32,000 bases of DNA from Rhodobacter capsulatus SB 1003 (lineage in GTDB: Bacteria; Pseudomonadota; Alphaproteobacteria; Rhodobacterales; Rhodobacteraceae). Location: NCBI RefSeq assembly GCF_000021865.1, contig NC_014034.1, positions 2,490,001-2,522,000 on the forward strand. The letters run 5' to 3'. Under the pieces are notes generated by a model. It did not search any database. It was not told the origin of the DNA and saw nothing but the letters and a program-made list of their open reading frames with translations. Positions 30,983 to 32,000 of this stretch are shown piece after piece (position 1 is the stretch's first letter; each line of letters begins with the position of its first letter). Both the position numbers and the translations under genes were made by a program.

Positions 30983-32000
30983 ATGATCCACCCGCTGAAC
31001 CCCGCGCTTGGCAACACCTTTGCCCCCCCGGTGATGGAGGCGCGGCGCTGGATCGAGGGTGTCACCTTCCCGCCCGAGCGGCCCTTGATCAACGTCAGCC
31101 AAGCCGCGCCGGTCGATCCGCCGCCGCGCGCGCTGCGGCAGGCGATCGCCGAGGCCGCGCTCGACACCCCCTCTGCGCATCTTTACGGGCCCGTCCTTGG
31201 AAATGGCGATCTGCGCGCCGAAGTGGCGGCGCAATGGTCGGTGGCCTATGGCGGCACGATCCGCCCGGCGCAGGTCGCGATCACCCAGGGCTGCAATCAA
31301 GCCTTCTGCGCGGCGATTGCCACGCTGGCGGGCGCAGGCGATGAAGTTCTTCTGCCAACGCCCTGGTATTTCAACCATAAAATGTGGCTCGACATGGCGG
31401 GGGTGCGCACCGTGCCGCTGCCGACCGGGCCGGGGCTTTTGCCCGACCCGGATCATGCGGCGGCGCGGATCACGCCTGCCACCCGCGCCATCGTGCTGGT
31501 CACGCCCAACAACCCGGGCGGCGTCGAATATCCGGCCGATCTTGTGCGCGCCTTTGCCGATCTGGCCCGCCGTCACGGGATCGCGCTGATCCTGGACGAG
31601 ACCTACCGCGATTTCGACGCCCGCAACGGCGCCCCGCATGACCTTTTCACCGATCCCGACTGGGACGAGGGGCTGATCCAGCTTTATTCCTTTTCCAAGG
31701 CCTACCGGCTGACCGGCCACCGCGTCGGCGCCATCGTCGCCAGCCCCGCGCGGCTGGCCGAGGTGGAGAAATTCCTTGATACCGTCGCGATCTGCCCGGG
31801 CCAGCTGGGCCAGATCGCGGCGCTTTGGGGGATGCGCAACCTGCGCGACTGGGTCGCGGGCGAGCGCGCCGAGATCCTGTCGCGCCGCGCCGCGATGACG
31901 GCGGGGCTGGCCGCCCTGCCCGGCTGGGAAACGCTCGGCTGTGGCGCCTATTTCGCCTATGTCGCGCATCCCTCGCCCCTGCCCGCGCCCGACTTTGCAA
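30983..32000 (+). CDS. PLP-dependent aminotransferase (class I/II), 3'-truncated by the window end
   Basis: GGAGG RBS upstream of ATG 30983. My translation is MIHPLNPALGNTFAPPVMEARRW...ITQGCNQAF...LLPTPWYFNH...VLVTPNNPGG...LILDETYRDF...YSFSKAYRLTGHRVG (PLP-lysine motif). It is absent from the ORF track because no stop falls inside the window. Confidence 0.8.
   Translation, partial: MIHPLNPALGNTFAPPVMEARRWIEGVTFPPERPLINVSQAAPVDPPPRALRQAIAEAALDTPSAHLYGPVLGNGDLRAEVAAQWSVAYGGTIRPAQVAITQGCNQAFCAAIATLAGAGDEVLLPTPWYFNHKMWLDMAGVRTVPLPTGPGLLPDPDHAAARITPATRAIVLVTPNNPGGVEYPADLVRAFADLARRHGIALILDETYRDFDARNGAPHDLFTDPDWDEGLIQLYSFSKAYRLTGHRVGAIVASPARLAEVEKFLDTVAICPGQLGQIAALWGMRNLRDWVAGERAEILSRRAAMTAGLAALPGWETLGCGAYFAYVAHPSPLPAPDFA

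Overview
High-GC alphaproteobacterial chromosome, Rhodobacterales-like judging by Hint-domain, CycH/CcmI, GTA-type tail chaperone and DUF6538-type integrase signatures. Left flank (1-9131) is housekeeping: soxA'/soxD/soxB, ccmI, ruvX, DUF1289, a Hint-domain protein, prfC, dgt, erpA and two small ORFs with strong RBSs. One of these (7296-7460) is below the ORF-track cutoff. The centre (9136-26835) is a 17.7 kb integrase-bearing, phage-like island inserted into the 3' end of tRNA-Pro(UGG) and bounded by a perfect 17-bp direct repeat. It has a complete HK97-type head and packaging set: TerS, TerL, HNH, portal, an in-frame protease-capsid fusion and four head-tail joining proteins. It also has tail-assembly-chaperone-like proteins and a tape measure. 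I can recognise no tail tube, baseplate, lysis or replication genes, and the module order is not canonical. Embedded cargo includes a low-GC two-gene cassette (small Cys/His protein plus a 3-TM membrane protein). There is also a compact C5-methyltransferase-like gene flanked by a perfect 19-bp direct repeat, and a reverse-oriented secreted protein. A right-hand module of unknown ORFs sits behind a 21-bp phased iteron array and AT-rich core (candidate ori). A 9-mer, TGTAACACA, recurs five times at the att arms and at one internal promoter. Right flank (26943-32000) is housekeeping: DUF192, a tandem cold-shock-domain protein, pdxH, fabI, a LysE-family exporter, gpt and a partial aminotransferase. 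A family of palindromic intergenic repeats is scattered in the chromosomal flanks. All functional calls rest on my reading of the translations and recalled family signatures; no database search was run.
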